Positions 26,966 to 39,610 of a DNA stretch of 64,000 nt are shown piece after piece. This DNA comes from Octopus sinensis (lineage: Eukaryota): contig NC_043006.1 of NCBI RefSeq assembly GCF_006345805.1, forward strand, positions 8,370,001 to 8,434,000. The letters are read 5' to 3'. Every line of letters begins with the position of its first letter. Position 1 is the first letter of the stretch. Under the pieces are notes generated by a model. That model did not search any database and had not been told where the DNA came from. It saw only the letters and a list, made by a program, of their open reading frames with translations. The translations under genes and the position numbers were made by a program.

Positions 26966-27020
26966 TCTCTTTACTCTTTTACTTGCTTCAGTCATTTGAC
27001 TGCGGCCATGCTGGAGCACA
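26966..27020 (-). mobile_element. SINE family A 3' tail fragment
   Basis: TTTACTCTTTTACTTGCTTCAGTCATTTGACTGCGGCCATGCTGGAGCAC. Confidence 0.85.
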
Positions 27021-27453
27021 GTCTAGTTTCTCCTACGCAACTCAACAGCAATAATATAACTAGCCCCTTGAGAAATGAAGAACATTTTACGGAGATCTCT
27101 TTCTGTAAGTTCCATGTTGAACATGAATAAACTTACTTCAGTCAATGCCAAAATTTACGTCAAGATGTATAATGTCATAGTACAACACTTTAGTCTCTGA
27201 AAACAAAAGAAAGTTAATGTTTACCATTAAAAATGCATGTTAAGCTAATTTTTTGCTCTTTCTAAATTCCTCTCAATAATAATATGCAAACAAATCAATT
27301 TTTTGGCTTTCTACATTGATTACTAATTAGTACACTATAGTGAATTCATGAAGAGCTTATCAAAAAGACTGATTTTCTTTTACACATCGAAACATTTATG
27401 ATAATCTTAATACCATTCAGTGTTAGTCAAGATGCAACTGCCTAATATTCATA

Positions 27454-27692
27454 ATATATATTTCTTTACTATCCACAAGGGGCTAAACATAGAGGGGACA
27501 AACAAGGACAGACAAAGGGATTAAGTCAACTACATCGATCCCAGTGCGAAACTGGTACTTTATTTAATCGACCCCGAGAGGATGAAAGGCAAAGTCGACC
27601 GCGGCGGAATTTGAACTCAGAACGTAACGACAGACGAAGTACCGCTAAGCATTTCGCCCGGCGCGCTAACGTTTCTGCCAGCTCGCCGCCTT
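27454..27692 (-). mobile_element. SINE family B, full length with 17-bp TSD
   Basis: Close match to the reverse complement of 25108-25340; TSD ACTGCCTAATATTCATA at 27437-27453 and 27695-27711. Confidence 0.94.
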
Positions 27693-28539
27693 ATACTGCC
27701 TAATATTCATATTATATATGATTTAATATCAAGATCATCATTGAACTAGCATGCGAATGCTGTTATCTAAAAGGATTGCTGTTGTCAATAAAAAAGATTG
27801 TTAATCTCAAAACTCATTCATTCTTACTTAAAATTCATCATAAACCAAAACTATTTTACAGACCACATATTTGGTGTTCAAAAATGTATTTCTCGATAAA
27901 GTTTGCTTAATATGTCATGCTTCTGTTATATTTCAATATATTTCATTTTCTAATGTATCACGTTTATCTCATATGCATGCGAAATGGCCCTTATAGCCCA
28001 CTGTGCGTACAAGCTAAGACCAGCTTCGCACTTCCAACTAATCTACTTTTGATAAGTTTTATTCGTTAAAATTCTAGATTTCCCTTATCGGTATATGCCA
28101 AATGTAATTAGTCATTAACTTAAATATATTTTCATCACGATATATACATTGGTTAACAATATTAATCCCTTTTGTAACTATTAATAAATTTTAATTAATT
28201 GAAATTCTTTCGTTTAGCGCATGAAGTATGTTTCCACCCATTTTACAAGTATATTCGTTCTACGTTTATTTATTAGCATATTCTTCGCTCTCCAAAAAGT
28301 GAATGATCGAACATTGCTATTGTTCAATATAATCATCAATGATTTCCTAGGGTTCAATATTGTACAACAAAATTGCCCGAATTAAGGTTGTGTAGTATAG
28401 ATAAAGAGTGATGTTACTGGCCGTTATAAGAATAGACTACATTCAGGTAAGCAATTTAATAAATTGTAGGTTCGGTAAATTTTGTCCGGTTTTCGATCTT
28501 TTAAACCGGACTATTTTGCACGCTAGTCTAACAATCTAT

Positions 28540-28923
28540 GGAAGCACTCCGTCGGTTACGACGACGAGGGTTCCGGTTGATCCGAATCAACGGAACAGCC
28601 TGCTCGTGAAATTAACGTGTAAGTGGCTGAGCACTCCACAGCCACGTGTACCCTTAACGCAGTTCTCGGGGATATTCAGCGTGACACAGAGAGTGACAAG
28701 GCCGGCCCTTTGAAATACAGGTACAACAGAAACAGGAAGTAAGAGTGAGAGAAAGTTGTGGTGAAAGAGTACAGCAGGGATCACCACCATCCCCTGCCGG
28801 AGCCTCTGGGAGCTTTAGGTGTTTTTGCTCAATAAACACTCACAACGCCCGGTCTGGGAATCGAAACCGCGATCCTATGACCGCGAGTCCGCTTCCCTAA
28901 CCACTGGGCCATTGCGCCTCCAC
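28540..28923 (-). mobile_element. SINE family C (tRNA-derived), full length with 13-bp TSD
   Basis: Minus-strand head GTGGAGGCGCAATGGCCCAGTGGTTAGGG...GGTTTCGATTCCC; TSD TCTAACAATCTAT at 28527-28539 and 28925-28937; near-identical to 44948-45332. Confidence 0.94.
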
Positions 28924-29229
28924 TTCTAACAATCTATTGGCCAATCTGAAACCAATCTAGGAGCTTCTATGTGGTTGATCTAAATTCTAGAAATAGCAGC
29001 TAAAATCCTTTAATGCACACCGTATCCTCTCCAAACAAATTGTATACGGAGAGATGGAATCTTAAATATATATAAAAAAAAACATGCTGGCTCCTCAATG
29101 TCTTGACTGTACGTCTGATCGACTACGGCAGATCGCGGGGCTGACAACGACTACAAGAAACGTACAAACATAAGCATACGCATATCTCCCCACCCACATA
29201 AACTCGTGCAACCCACACTTACAAATATA

Positions 29230-29462
29230 TACTCTTTTACTCTTTTACTTGTTTCAGTCATTTAACAGTGGCCATGCTGGAGCATCGCCTTTAGTCGAGC
29301 AAATTGACCCCATGACTTATTCTTTGTAAGCCCCGTACTTATTATATCGATCTCTTTAGCCGAACCGCTAAGTTACGGGGAGGTAAACACACCAGTACCG
29401 GTTGTCAAGCGATATTGGGGGGGGGACAAACACAGACACACAAACGCACACACACACACGCA
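29230..29462 (-). mobile_element. SINE family A body and tail (3' half of an interrupted minus copy)
   Basis: TACTCTTTTACTCTTTTACTTGTTTCAGTC...GTTGTCAAGCGATATTGGGGG..GACAAACACAGACAC. Confidence 0.9.
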
Positions 29463-29464
29463 CG

Positions 29465-29850
29465 AGTAGCTTGTTTACGAACCTCATGGTTCCGGGTTCA
29501 GTCCCACTGCGTGGCACCTTGGGCAAGTGTCTTCTACTATAGCCTCGGGCCGACCAAAGCCTTGTGAGTGGATTTGTTAGACGGAGACTGAAAGAAGCCC
29601 GTCGTATATATGTATATATATGTGTGTGTGTTTCTGTGTCTGTGTTTGTCCCGCCAATATCGCTTGACAACCGATGCTGGTGTGTTTATGTCCCCGTTAC
29701 TTAGCGGTTCGGCAAAAGGGACCGATAGAATAAGTACTAGGCTTCCAAAGAATAAGTCCTGGGGTCGATTTGCTCGACTAAAGGCAGTGCTCCAACAAAG
29801 CCGCAGTCAAATGACTGAAACAAGTAAAAGAGTAAAAAGAGTAAAGAGTA
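29465..29850 (+). mobile_element. SINE family A, near complete, nested in the microsatellite of a minus copy
   Basis: Slightly 5'-truncated head, body and (GTAAAAGA)n tail. Confidence 0.92.
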
Positions 29851-30020
29851 TATATATGACGGGCTTCTTTCAGTTTCCGTCTACCAAATCCACTCACAAG
29901 ACGTTGGTCGGCCCGAGGCTATAGTAGAAGACACTTGCCCGAGGTGCCACGCAGTGGGTGTGAACTCGGAACCATGTAGTTCGTAAGCAAGATATTTACC
30001 ATACAGCCACTCCTACGCCT
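29851..30020 (-). mobile_element. SINE family A head (5' half of the interrupted minus copy)
   Basis: GACGGGCTTCTTTCAGTTTCCGTCTACC...CAGCCACTCCTACGCCT. Confidence 0.9.
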
Positions 30021-31490
30021 TATATATATATATATATATATGAATGAGAAGTTTTAACTAATTACTTCCTAATATCGTGTTAATATTTACCTTGTGTGCG
30101 CAAGGCGATAGTTAAAGAAATCCTTTAATACAGTTACAGTATATTCAATGGAAGGCAGTTGAAGCAATAGGAACTAGACCCATGAATATCGTTCTATTGT
30201 GCAAATTAAATACCACATAAAAAAAAAAATTACTTTCCAACAACCTGGTTTATTCATTTAGACAACCTGAAAATATCAGCGTCTTTTCTGAACCACTGTT
30301 GATTTGAATAAACACCAAGGCAAACATCTAATAATCGAAAGAAAACGTATCACTTATGTGTATAAAAGAGAATTTAATGAAAGTCTAATCCATTTCGTTT
30401 AACTGTCGTAATGGCCACACTGAACTAATCAAGCAAGTGAGATCTGTACGTGATAATAGCGAGATAAAATATACTTGACAACACATTTACTTCTAAATTG
30501 TATCCGTGATAATCTACTTTATTCTTGCCAATTTGTACGGATTTATCGATAAGAAGAATTTCGACCGAGCTACGTCTGAATCTTATTGTAACAGAATGTA
30601 CATACGAAATTCAATAAAGCAAACATCGTTTGTTTCTATTGATACAGCTAGGAACTTACTCCTTCCTTTACCTAAATACGTGCAGAAAGAGCAATCCACT
30701 TTAAACTTACGGCGTCATGTTTAAAAGCCGCCGCAGAAGTATATATATCTCGCTGCCCCACTCACACATATATGCATACTGCGAACACAACACTTGATAA
30801 TGCTTTGTATTGAGTAATCTTTTATTAAACATTAATGGAACCACTAATATAAATACTGTAATATTTTTAAATGCAACTACCTACATCATGTATGAATCGT
30901 ATTTTCAAAACAAAGATCTCATATAAGAGATGTGCATTTGGCCGAACGATAGACTGTATATCATAGCTTTAGCATAATATTAATGACTCATATATTATCT
31001 AACATATTTAAAACACTAGAAAACGAGACTTATTCATCAGCTTTTAATATCAGACAGTAAAATTCCTATATCATTATTTTATCAATAATTGATCAACCAA
31101 TATATCAATGTATTCAATAAATCCAAAATTCGATATACTAATCATTATTTAGATAACGATGATGAGTACTATATCTTGAGAAATATATTACACATCGTAA
31201 CAGTAAGGACAGAATACTAACTAGATTAAATACAATACAAGATTTACTTGAACCTTACTACTTTTTAGCATTCTTTTTCGAGTTCAAAGAAATAAGTACA
31301 CCGTACTACTGGAATAAGTTTACTTCGGATCTATTTAATATCCTTTCTTATGTGCATCATCTTAATCCGGCATGATAGCTAAGTATAAATGTTGCATTGG
31401 AAGGTATTACATAAATTGTTATCCGGTGTCCTAATGTGTTGGCTTTCTAAAAAGAGGTATGTACTTGAAGTTAGATAATTATTTAAAATA

Positions 31491-31580
<90 letters not shown>

Positions 31581-31680
31581 TAGATAGATAGATAGATAGA
31601 TATACAACTTATTAACAAGGGCGAGAGAAAAATTATTTCCATGCCAATATGCTGATAACAGACTTTAAGTCGTCAATTTC

Positions 31681-31750
31681 CACATATCACTATACACTCA
31701 CTATAAATACACGTCGTGCACTATTTATAGTGAGTGCATAATGATATGTG
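31681..31750 (-). other. 70-nt near-perfect hairpin (pre-miRNA-like or foldback remnant)
   Basis: 29-bp arms 31681-31709 and 31722-31750; the two mismatches become G-U pairs on the minus strand; 12-nt loop. Confidence 0.6.
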
Positions 31751-32899
31751 CATATCGGCATAGAAATAATTTTCTTTTGTCATTGTTTATAAGTTGTTTA
31801 TAATTTTAACCTTTATAGGTATTTTAATATGCTGTCACTTTTTGATGAAATTTTTTTCTGAAAAAAATTTCATCCTATATTAGTATTAATAGTATATATA
31901 TATTATAAATATGTAATGTTTTTCTGTTAAGGGCAAAATGAATTGTGTAAATTTTCATAATAATAACATTATGAAATCATTCATGGTTTGGTGAGTGAGC
32001 ATGAGGTATATATTGAAATAGCAAGACAATTTAAGTGTGACAATTTAAGCGAAGAAAGATCACAAATGCAAAACAAAAGTTGTAAAGCAACATAGTTTGT
32101 TATTTCTTAAAGGATAGTTAGAAGCCATGTGAGATATCACTAAAGTTTCATTGAAGAGAGTTACACCTACTCGTTGTGTATTTAAAATTCAATGACGTCA
32201 GAAGTTTTGGAGATAAAAATCATAAATAAACCATAGAGAATCATGAGTTTAAGAATTTTGGAATGCTATAGCAAGAACGTTTGAAGAGAAGAAATTTTCA
32301 ATTAAACTATAATAAATGGACATAAAATAACACGGTGTTCGTAGGAGTCGCAAATTATGTATGTTGTACTTTTCCTCCGCAAACTATAATGAAATAGAAA
32401 ATGTAAAGATGGCGCTGGTATACATTTAAACTTTTTAAGTATTCTGCATTCTATCTCTAAAATTATATCCAGATACTCGCAAAGAATAATAAAGCGGGGA
32501 GATATAATCAGATTTATAGAAAATAATGTGACAAAGCGCCAATAAACCTGCCAGTAAAACCCCCTAGAAAGAATAAAAAAAGACAGAACTGAGAAGAAAT
32601 TCAATACTTGCTGCTAAACTAGTTATTCAATTCATTTTGCTTCTTCACATATTTCGCTAAACGGAAAGGGAACATACTTTCTAAGTGTCCAAGGCACAAT
32701 TAAATTTCGTTATTTCTTTAAAACATGGCAGGTATATAGTCACACGTTTCAGCCATGGGGAAATTAAACGATACTGAATTGCATTGATGTTCTTTAAACG
32801 TGAGGTTGATTGACTGGGAAAACTTTATTAAAGATATAATTTCAGGTACGGGGGAATAATTTTGTTGAAATATTTCAGGTTGTATACTTCAAAAATCAC

Positions 32900-33008
32900 A
32901 CACGCACACACAGTTATATACACATAGGTATGCGTATGTATACATATACACATATATACATATATACTTATATGAATATAAAAATACAGTTATATATAAA
33001 AAGATACG

Positions 33009-33042
<34 letters not shown>

Positions 33043-33180
33043 ATATATATACACATACATATATACTTATATGTATATATATTTATACATATACACATAT
33101 ATAGATATATATATGTGAATATTTAGATAGATAAATAGATAGACTGAGATAAATAGATAGATAAATTGATAGATATACAA
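32900..33180. repeat. (CA)/(TA)/(GATA) compound microsatellite
   Basis: Seen directly. Confidence 0.9.
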
Positions 33181-34115
33181 CTCATAAATACGCAAGGAGG
33201 AACACGTGCTCATAAATTACCATCTTTCAATTCCGATAGAATCACAATGGAAAATATCTATTTGAACAACCCGTGCTCATAAATGTCAAGTCAAAAGTAA
33301 TAATACGTTTCTTAGGCTTACTCAATAAGCATTTTTCGGTTCCAGGAAATTATTTAATAGAAATAATTTGAAATTTATCTATAGTTGTACTTCAAAGCAG
33401 GATAAACCTTTCTTGCAGAAATAAAGCTCCATACTCTTTTAGAATCGCAACATCGAATCTATTATTTACGAAGGCTGGGAAAATCTAAAAGAAACAAAAT
33501 GAGATACCGAAATTAAACGATATTTTATAACTGTAGAGATTTAAACTAGAAATATAATGAAAAATAATGTTACCGCGCTACCTAACTATATTTCGATTTG
33601 GGACAAAAACTGGACCTGAATTTGACTTGTCTCAATAAATTCTTGAATGATACAATTCGTACATAAGATAATAACAGAATATCGTGGTAAAACAATTGAG
33701 AAATGGTGTTCATATGAGAGTACGTTACAAGAAACATAAAGGAAAAAAGAAGACAAGAATTATATAAACTTAAGATCGGATATTTCCTATGACGGTAGAA
33801 ATTTCAGGAAAATCACCGTAACATACCATACAATGAAATAACTAGGTTAATATAGAGTAGCAGCGACGAGACATATTATGAAAAGACTGGAGTTTTAACC
33901 GACATATGACGAGGCGGTTTGGAAGTAGATGTAGGTAGTGTCAGTAAATATGATAAATAATAAGTGTAGCTTAACTTTAATGGCATCTATTTGCGCTTAT
34001 ACAAAATGCTGAAATGCTTTTGAATTTTTGAAAAGAAAAATATTTATCACCTTGAAATAAATTGAATAAAACGAATTTCTCATTTATAAAACTTCTATCA
34101 TTACTGCTTGAATTA

Positions 34116-34325
34116 AAGGCGATGAACTCGCACTCCAGGCAAAATGCTTAGCAGCATTTCGTCCGTCCTTACGTTCCGGGTTCACATTCCACCGAGGTTG
34201 ACTTTACCTTTCATTCTCTTTGGTGTCTATGAAATAAATACCATTTACGAATTAGGGTCAATGTAATTGACTAGCCTCCGCTCCAAAGTTTTCAGGTCTT
34301 TTGCTTATAGCACAAAGGATCATTA
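34116..34325 (+). mobile_element. SINE family B, degenerate
   Basis: AAAGGCGATGAACTCG...CCACCGAGGTTGACTTTACCTTTCATTC...TAGCACAAAGGATCATTA. Confidence 0.75.
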
Positions 34326-34457
34326 CTGATTCGATTATTCTTCCTCCTCCTCCAATTCTCAATTTCTTTCTCTCTCATGAGGCAGCACTCTTTTACTCAT
34401 TGTCTGCCAACAATTCTAATATGTGCACACACCCTACGCCTCTAATATTAGCACACT

Positions 34458-34512
<55 letters not shown>

Positions 34513-34945
34513 ATACTGTTTCTTCTCTCAATAAACATGGTAAAGCACGACAAATCAAATTAACCAATCAACCGACCAACAAACCAATCCATCAAGGACG
34601 GCTATTTTTTGTGAAGATACAAACAGCGAATACTGATGTAAATAATTTTAATTATTATATTTACATCCACGCAAGCCTTAATATTTAATCTAATGTCTAA
34701 TAGATATTATAGGAACAGAAAATATAGCAGCCTACCTGGAACATAAAGTGAACTTAGATACCCTGTATTAAAAGGAGTATCACAGGTTACTCTGATAAAC
34801 CCTTTCAATAAATTTCTAATCGAAGATTTCTATAAGATACGACTATCATATCACAAACAGTATTCGTGTGCATATATGTAAGCATATATGTATGTATGTA
34901 TATATGTATGTATGTACGTAGTATGTATGTATGTATGTATGTATG

Positions 34946-34976
<31 letters not shown>

Positions 34977-35406
34977 GTAAACACGCATGTGTGTGCGTGC
35001 TCGTATGTAAGCTTGCATATTTAAAATTAGTTTGACTCCACATTACTGATTGATTTGAGGATATCGGACACGTCCGTATAATCTAATGTTCGTAGAAGAG
35101 TGGGGAGAATTGAAAGGTGATTTTAAATTGCTTCTACTTGAAAGAACATAAGCTTGCATTTGCTTGGTTTTCTTTACTATGATAGTGATATCCACTATAT
35201 TATTGAAAGATCCACTAGTGGAAGACACAGGATGTTGGTGTTAAGCAGATGACATTGTGTAGTGTGCAGTATTTTGCGAACAACGTTTATCGCGTGAATA
35301 GCTAACAGATTAGATATTATACATTATCACATCATATGTGTGTGACAAAAGTGAAACGGAATATATTTTGTTGGACCAATGATTATATATTAACTGTAAA
35401 TATGTA

Positions 35407-35446
<40 letters not shown>

Positions 35447-35860
35447 GGCTCAGGAGTGACTGTGTGGTAAGTAGCTTGCTAACCAACCACATGGTTCCGG
35501 GTTCAGTCCCACTGCGTGGTATCTTGGGCAAGTGTCTTCTGCTATAGCCCCGGGCCGAACAATGACTTGTGAGTGGATTTGGTAGACGGAAACGGAAAGA
35601 ATCCTGTTGTATATATGTGTATATATATAAGTGTGTGTATATGTTTGTGTGTCTGTGTTTGTCCCCCTAGCATTACTTGACAACCGATGCTGGTGTGTTT
35701 ACGTCCCCGTCACTTAGCAGTTCGGCAAAAAAGACCGATAGAATAAGTACTGGGCTTACAAAGAATAAGTCCCGGGGTCGATTTGCTCGACTAAAGGCGG
35801 TGCTCCAGCATGGCCGCAGTCAAATGACTGAAACAAGTAAAAGAGTAAAGAGTAAGAGTA
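35447..35860 (+). mobile_element. SINE family A, complete
   Basis: Head with A/B boxes, CTTGGGCAAGT, body, tail GTAAAAGAGTAAAGAGTAAGAGTA. Confidence 0.93.
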
Positions 35861-35863
35861 TAT

Positions 35864-36048
35864 GGGGAGAGTTCACGAAAAAAACAAACGACAAAGACAG
35901 GTGGTGTACAAAACAAACAGATGTATTAGTATAACGCTCAGGAGTAGAAAAAGTCTTCTACGTTTCGAGCCTACGCTCTTCTACAGAAAGGGACACAGAA
36001 AAAAAACAAGGAAAGAAAAAATGTGTGTTGTGGCTCACTATTTATCAT
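35864..36048 (-). mobile_element. ~190-bp hammerhead-like repeat, family HH2 (solo PLE pLTR or retrozyme-like)
   Basis: Homologous end to end with 46879-47069; HHR-like fold at 35955-35990. Confidence 0.7.
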
Positions 36049-37116
36049 GGCGTCTATATTTATGTGTGTGTGTGTGTGTGCGTACCCGACAACATATATC
36101 CAATATACAAACATCTCAAAAAGATATACAATATTCGTATATTTACATACGTGTGTCGGTATCATAACAGTTCTACTGAGAAATATTGTGCAGCTGTAGC
36201 TCTTCTTTCTTGACGATCCTAACCGAAATCATTCAATATATTTTGCTTTGAATTTCCCACAGCACGAAATTAATTGCTTTGTACTTAATGTTTGTGAGGT
36301 TTTTCATCGAAGAAATATGAACTCGTAGAATTTAATAAAATAATCATTTCACATAGGAAGTGAAGCATATAAAAATCACACAATATTTTTTATGGTATTA
36401 ATGAAACTAACACAAATGGAGGATATTAAAAAGGATCAAATGGAGCAGTATGTTTTGCCTGGAACCGGATTCGGAATGGAATACAATTTACTCTACTCAT
36501 CTTTCCCGTCATTCAGTTTTCATGTCGAGTTTTGCCCAAAATTTTGAAAATACGACGCAGTTCGAGTTAAAGCCATTCAATCACTTCATAGAACCACAGA
36601 ATAAAAACGAAATAATCTATGGCAGTGACTAGGATGTGTACTAAAAGAAAAAAATCTCATTTCGTTTGATAATTTATTTTTCTTTTGAGATCAGTATTAT
36701 TTAGTTGTTTACTCTGGAAAGGTAAATTTGATATTTTTACATGAGATTTCGTGCATACTGTTATTAATGTTCGGAATTACATTTTGACTAAATTAAACTG
36801 AAATTAGAACGGAAAACAAAGAAATAGCTAAAGCCCTCTCGGGGACGTTGTTTTGTTTTCAGTTTTGAATACAAAGATGAGAAAAAATGTTTTAAACGAA
36901 CTGAAGTATGATAAGGTACTTGTGATAAGGTTTTTCAATAATTTGATAAGCCTGTTCAGTTTTAACACACGTCTACTCTATTCTAACAATCATTTTTTCT
37001 TTAGGAAGTTAAAAATAAAACCAAATCAACATTTTATCTATTTTGGTTAATCTATGCAGTGTTTATTTTCAGATATATAATTCCTTTTGTTAAGAGACAA
37101 TATTCACAGTATAACT

Positions 37117-37285
37117 AAGGTGGGGAGCTGGCAGAGTCGTTAGCACGTCGGGAATATTCTTAGTAGTATCTCATCGTCATTCCGCGCTGAGTTGAAATTC
37201 TGTCGGGAGCGACTTCACCTTTCAAGTCGATAAAATAAGTATTAGTTGAGCACTGGCGTCGATTTACTCCAATTATCTACTCCAT
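37117..37285 (+). mobile_element. SINE family B, degenerate
   Basis: AAGGTGGGGAGCTGGCAGAGTCGTTAGCACGTCGGG...GTCGATAAAATAAGTATTAGTTGAGCACTGG. Confidence 0.78.
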
Positions 37286-37320
37286 TTCTTAACTCTTGTG
37301 TGTATATATTAGATCGTGAA

Positions 37321-37512
37321 TTATTTACATTATTTACAATTGACGAATATTTGTCCTCATCTTGTTTGTTGTTAACACAATGTTTCGGCAGATATACCTT
37401 CCAGCCTTCATTAGGTGTCTTGAGGAAATTTTGAAGTTTTGAGTTCTCAGTCTGTCAATTGTAAATAATGTAAATAATGTACATAGTTCCTCATCTCTTA
37501 CATATAGAACCG
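37321..37512. mobile_element. hammerhead-bearing repeat family HH1, inverted head-to-head insertion
   Basis: Minus arm 37321-37450 (HHR-like 37374-37419) plus a plus-strand tail 37452-37512; flanked by imperfect direct repeat TATTAG[A/G]TCGT[G/C]AA at 37307-37320 and 37513-37526. Confidence 0.75.
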
Positions 37513-38285
37513 TATTAGGTCGTCAAGTATGAAATTTGTGGTAAGGTATATGGTAAACTTGGACAGCTGCTCATTTTGCGCAATAATTATATTTTGAAAA
37601 CCTTTATTTTTGTTAGAAAACTAACACATCTATTTCTTTATTCTAACTCATTTTGCGCTTTATACAGTATTTATAAATGGTTTTTCGTTTTTTGCAATTT
37701 TTGTTTAAAGATAGATAAGACTGAAATTCGTACAGTTTTGAAATATGTATTCTTTCTTGGAAATACAGCATGGCAGATAGCTCGGAATATTAATGGAGTA
37801 TTTCATTCTAGTTTTATTACACAGCAGACAGCATCGAATTGGTTTGCAAAATTTTGTTCTGGTAACGTTGACCTTACAAATAAGCAAGGCGGCCCACCAG
37901 AAACAAAAGTGGATAATGACGAACTGAAAGCCACCGTCGAGTCAGATCCATCTCAAAGTTGATGTTTAATGTTAGCAAGCGAACAATATTGACTCACGTA
38001 GTTCAAATCGGTAAAAGTGAAAATGTTGGATAAGTGAGTTTCACATGAACTCAATGAAAATCAGAAACAGCAACGTTTGGAAGCCTGCATTATGCTACTT
38101 TCCCGTCACAAAAATGAATCATTTTTGAATCGAATTATGACATGTGATGAGAAATGGATCCAATACAAAACCCATAAGCATTCAGCACAACGGTTGGACA
38201 AAGATGAGCCACCAATACACAGTCTAAAAGGCAAAATTCATCAAAATTAAGTGTAAGTTTTGGTGGTCCAAATGAGGGTTTTAAC
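37513..38285 (+). mobile_element. mariner-family DNA transposon, decayed, 3'-truncated
   Basis: TA-TTAGGTCGTC TIR-like start. Transposase remnants DKTEIRTVLKY.F.LG.TA.QIARNIN, WFAKFCSGNVDL, VDNDELKATVESDPSQS, KMLDK*VSHEL (WVPHEL), FLNRIMTCDEKWI, FWWS. Confidence 0.92.
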
Positions 38286-38454
38286 TCTTATTTGTAGAGG
38301 GTAGACACTTCAAAATATCCTTTGATTAATATAATTGTAATTCTATAACTATATAACGCTAATTTAGGCCTGCAACCACCTATATTGATATTGTTGTTAT
38401 CATGAACTTCGCTAATAACAATATTAATACGTATATAAATATTCGTTTCTGAAT

Positions 38455-38525
38455 ATTTTGTGTGATCTGTTTGTTTTCTACACCCCCTGTCTTCGTCTTT
38501 TGTTGTTTTTTTTTCATGAATTCCG
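38455..38525 (+). mobile_element. HH2 family 3' fragment
   Basis: ATCTGTTTGTTTTCTACACCCCCTGTCTTCGTCTTTTG matches the reverse complement of ~35870-35925. Confidence 0.65.
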
Positions 38526-39079
38526 CTGCATGATAAAGTACATTTACTATCGATAATTTTAAATGATTGTAGCTTCATTAAGCTGAATGCGATTTTCGTT
38601 ATAAGCGTGCAAATTTATGTCATTGTTTTATAAACAATATTGCGAAAATTTGCAATGAAATGCATTCACTATTTATTTTGATTTCTTCAGGCAACAAGAG
38701 AATTAATTTTTTTATTTTAGAGTAAGCTTAGTGTTGCTGGGTATCGTAAGGCCTGATCCCACACTTGTGATATTGAACTCATTCTCTGCTGCTCCTAAAT
38801 CGCCCTACACATACCTACTCAATACCTACTAAATACGGTCTCATCATGTGCGCCCTGAGGATACACAGTAGTAGTGGTAGTAATAATGTTTGAGGTAGAC
38901 AGCTTGTGTAGCGACAGAATAGACCTTACATGAGATACGTAGATAAAAAATGTTGCACACTTGTCTCCTCTTTCTACAACACAAATTGACTCTCTGATGA
39001 ACTGAACTCAAATAAGAGATTGTCACACAATGACAGCATACGCTAACTATAGGCAGCAGGGTTCCTATAGGGGTCTTCG

Positions 39080-39093
39080 TATACACACACATA

Positions 39094-39141
<48 letters not shown>

Positions 39142-39240
39142 ACACACACACCACACACACACACAACACATATATATATATATATGAATATATACATATA
39201 TATATACATATATATATATATAATATATACACACACACAC

Positions 39241-39278
<38 letters not shown>

Positions 39279-39319
39279 TATAATAATATACGTAAATAAT
39301 ATATATATTATATAATCAT

Positions 39320-39350
<31 letters not shown>

Positions 39351-39494
39351 TATATACACTCTGCACACACACACACACATATATATATACTCTGTATACA
39401 AGGAAACGCGCGCGTGCAAACAAGCAAATATCTCATCAATGTATGTTTGTGAAATTCATATATATATGCACACATATAGGCATTATTATAAATA

Positions 39495-39547
<53 letters not shown>

Positions 39548-39610
39548 CAGACAGATAGATAGATATATAGATAGATAAAGAGAGAAAGAGAGAGAGAGTG
39601 AGAGAGAGAT
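39080..39610. repeat. compound (CA)n/(TA)n/(GATA)n/(GA)n tract
   Basis: Seen directly. Confidence 0.92.

Noticed and set aside
28850-28923. tRNA gene calls for SINE heads (also 44948, 59316, 59572, 53625-53668)
   Set aside because: A/B boxes are present but there is no complete cloverleaf or acceptor stem, and each continues into a repeat body.
30650-30770. Possible first exon on minus (AAACATGACGCC followed by GTAAGT)
   Set aside because: A short motif match expected by chance in 64 kb; no downstream exon could be linked.
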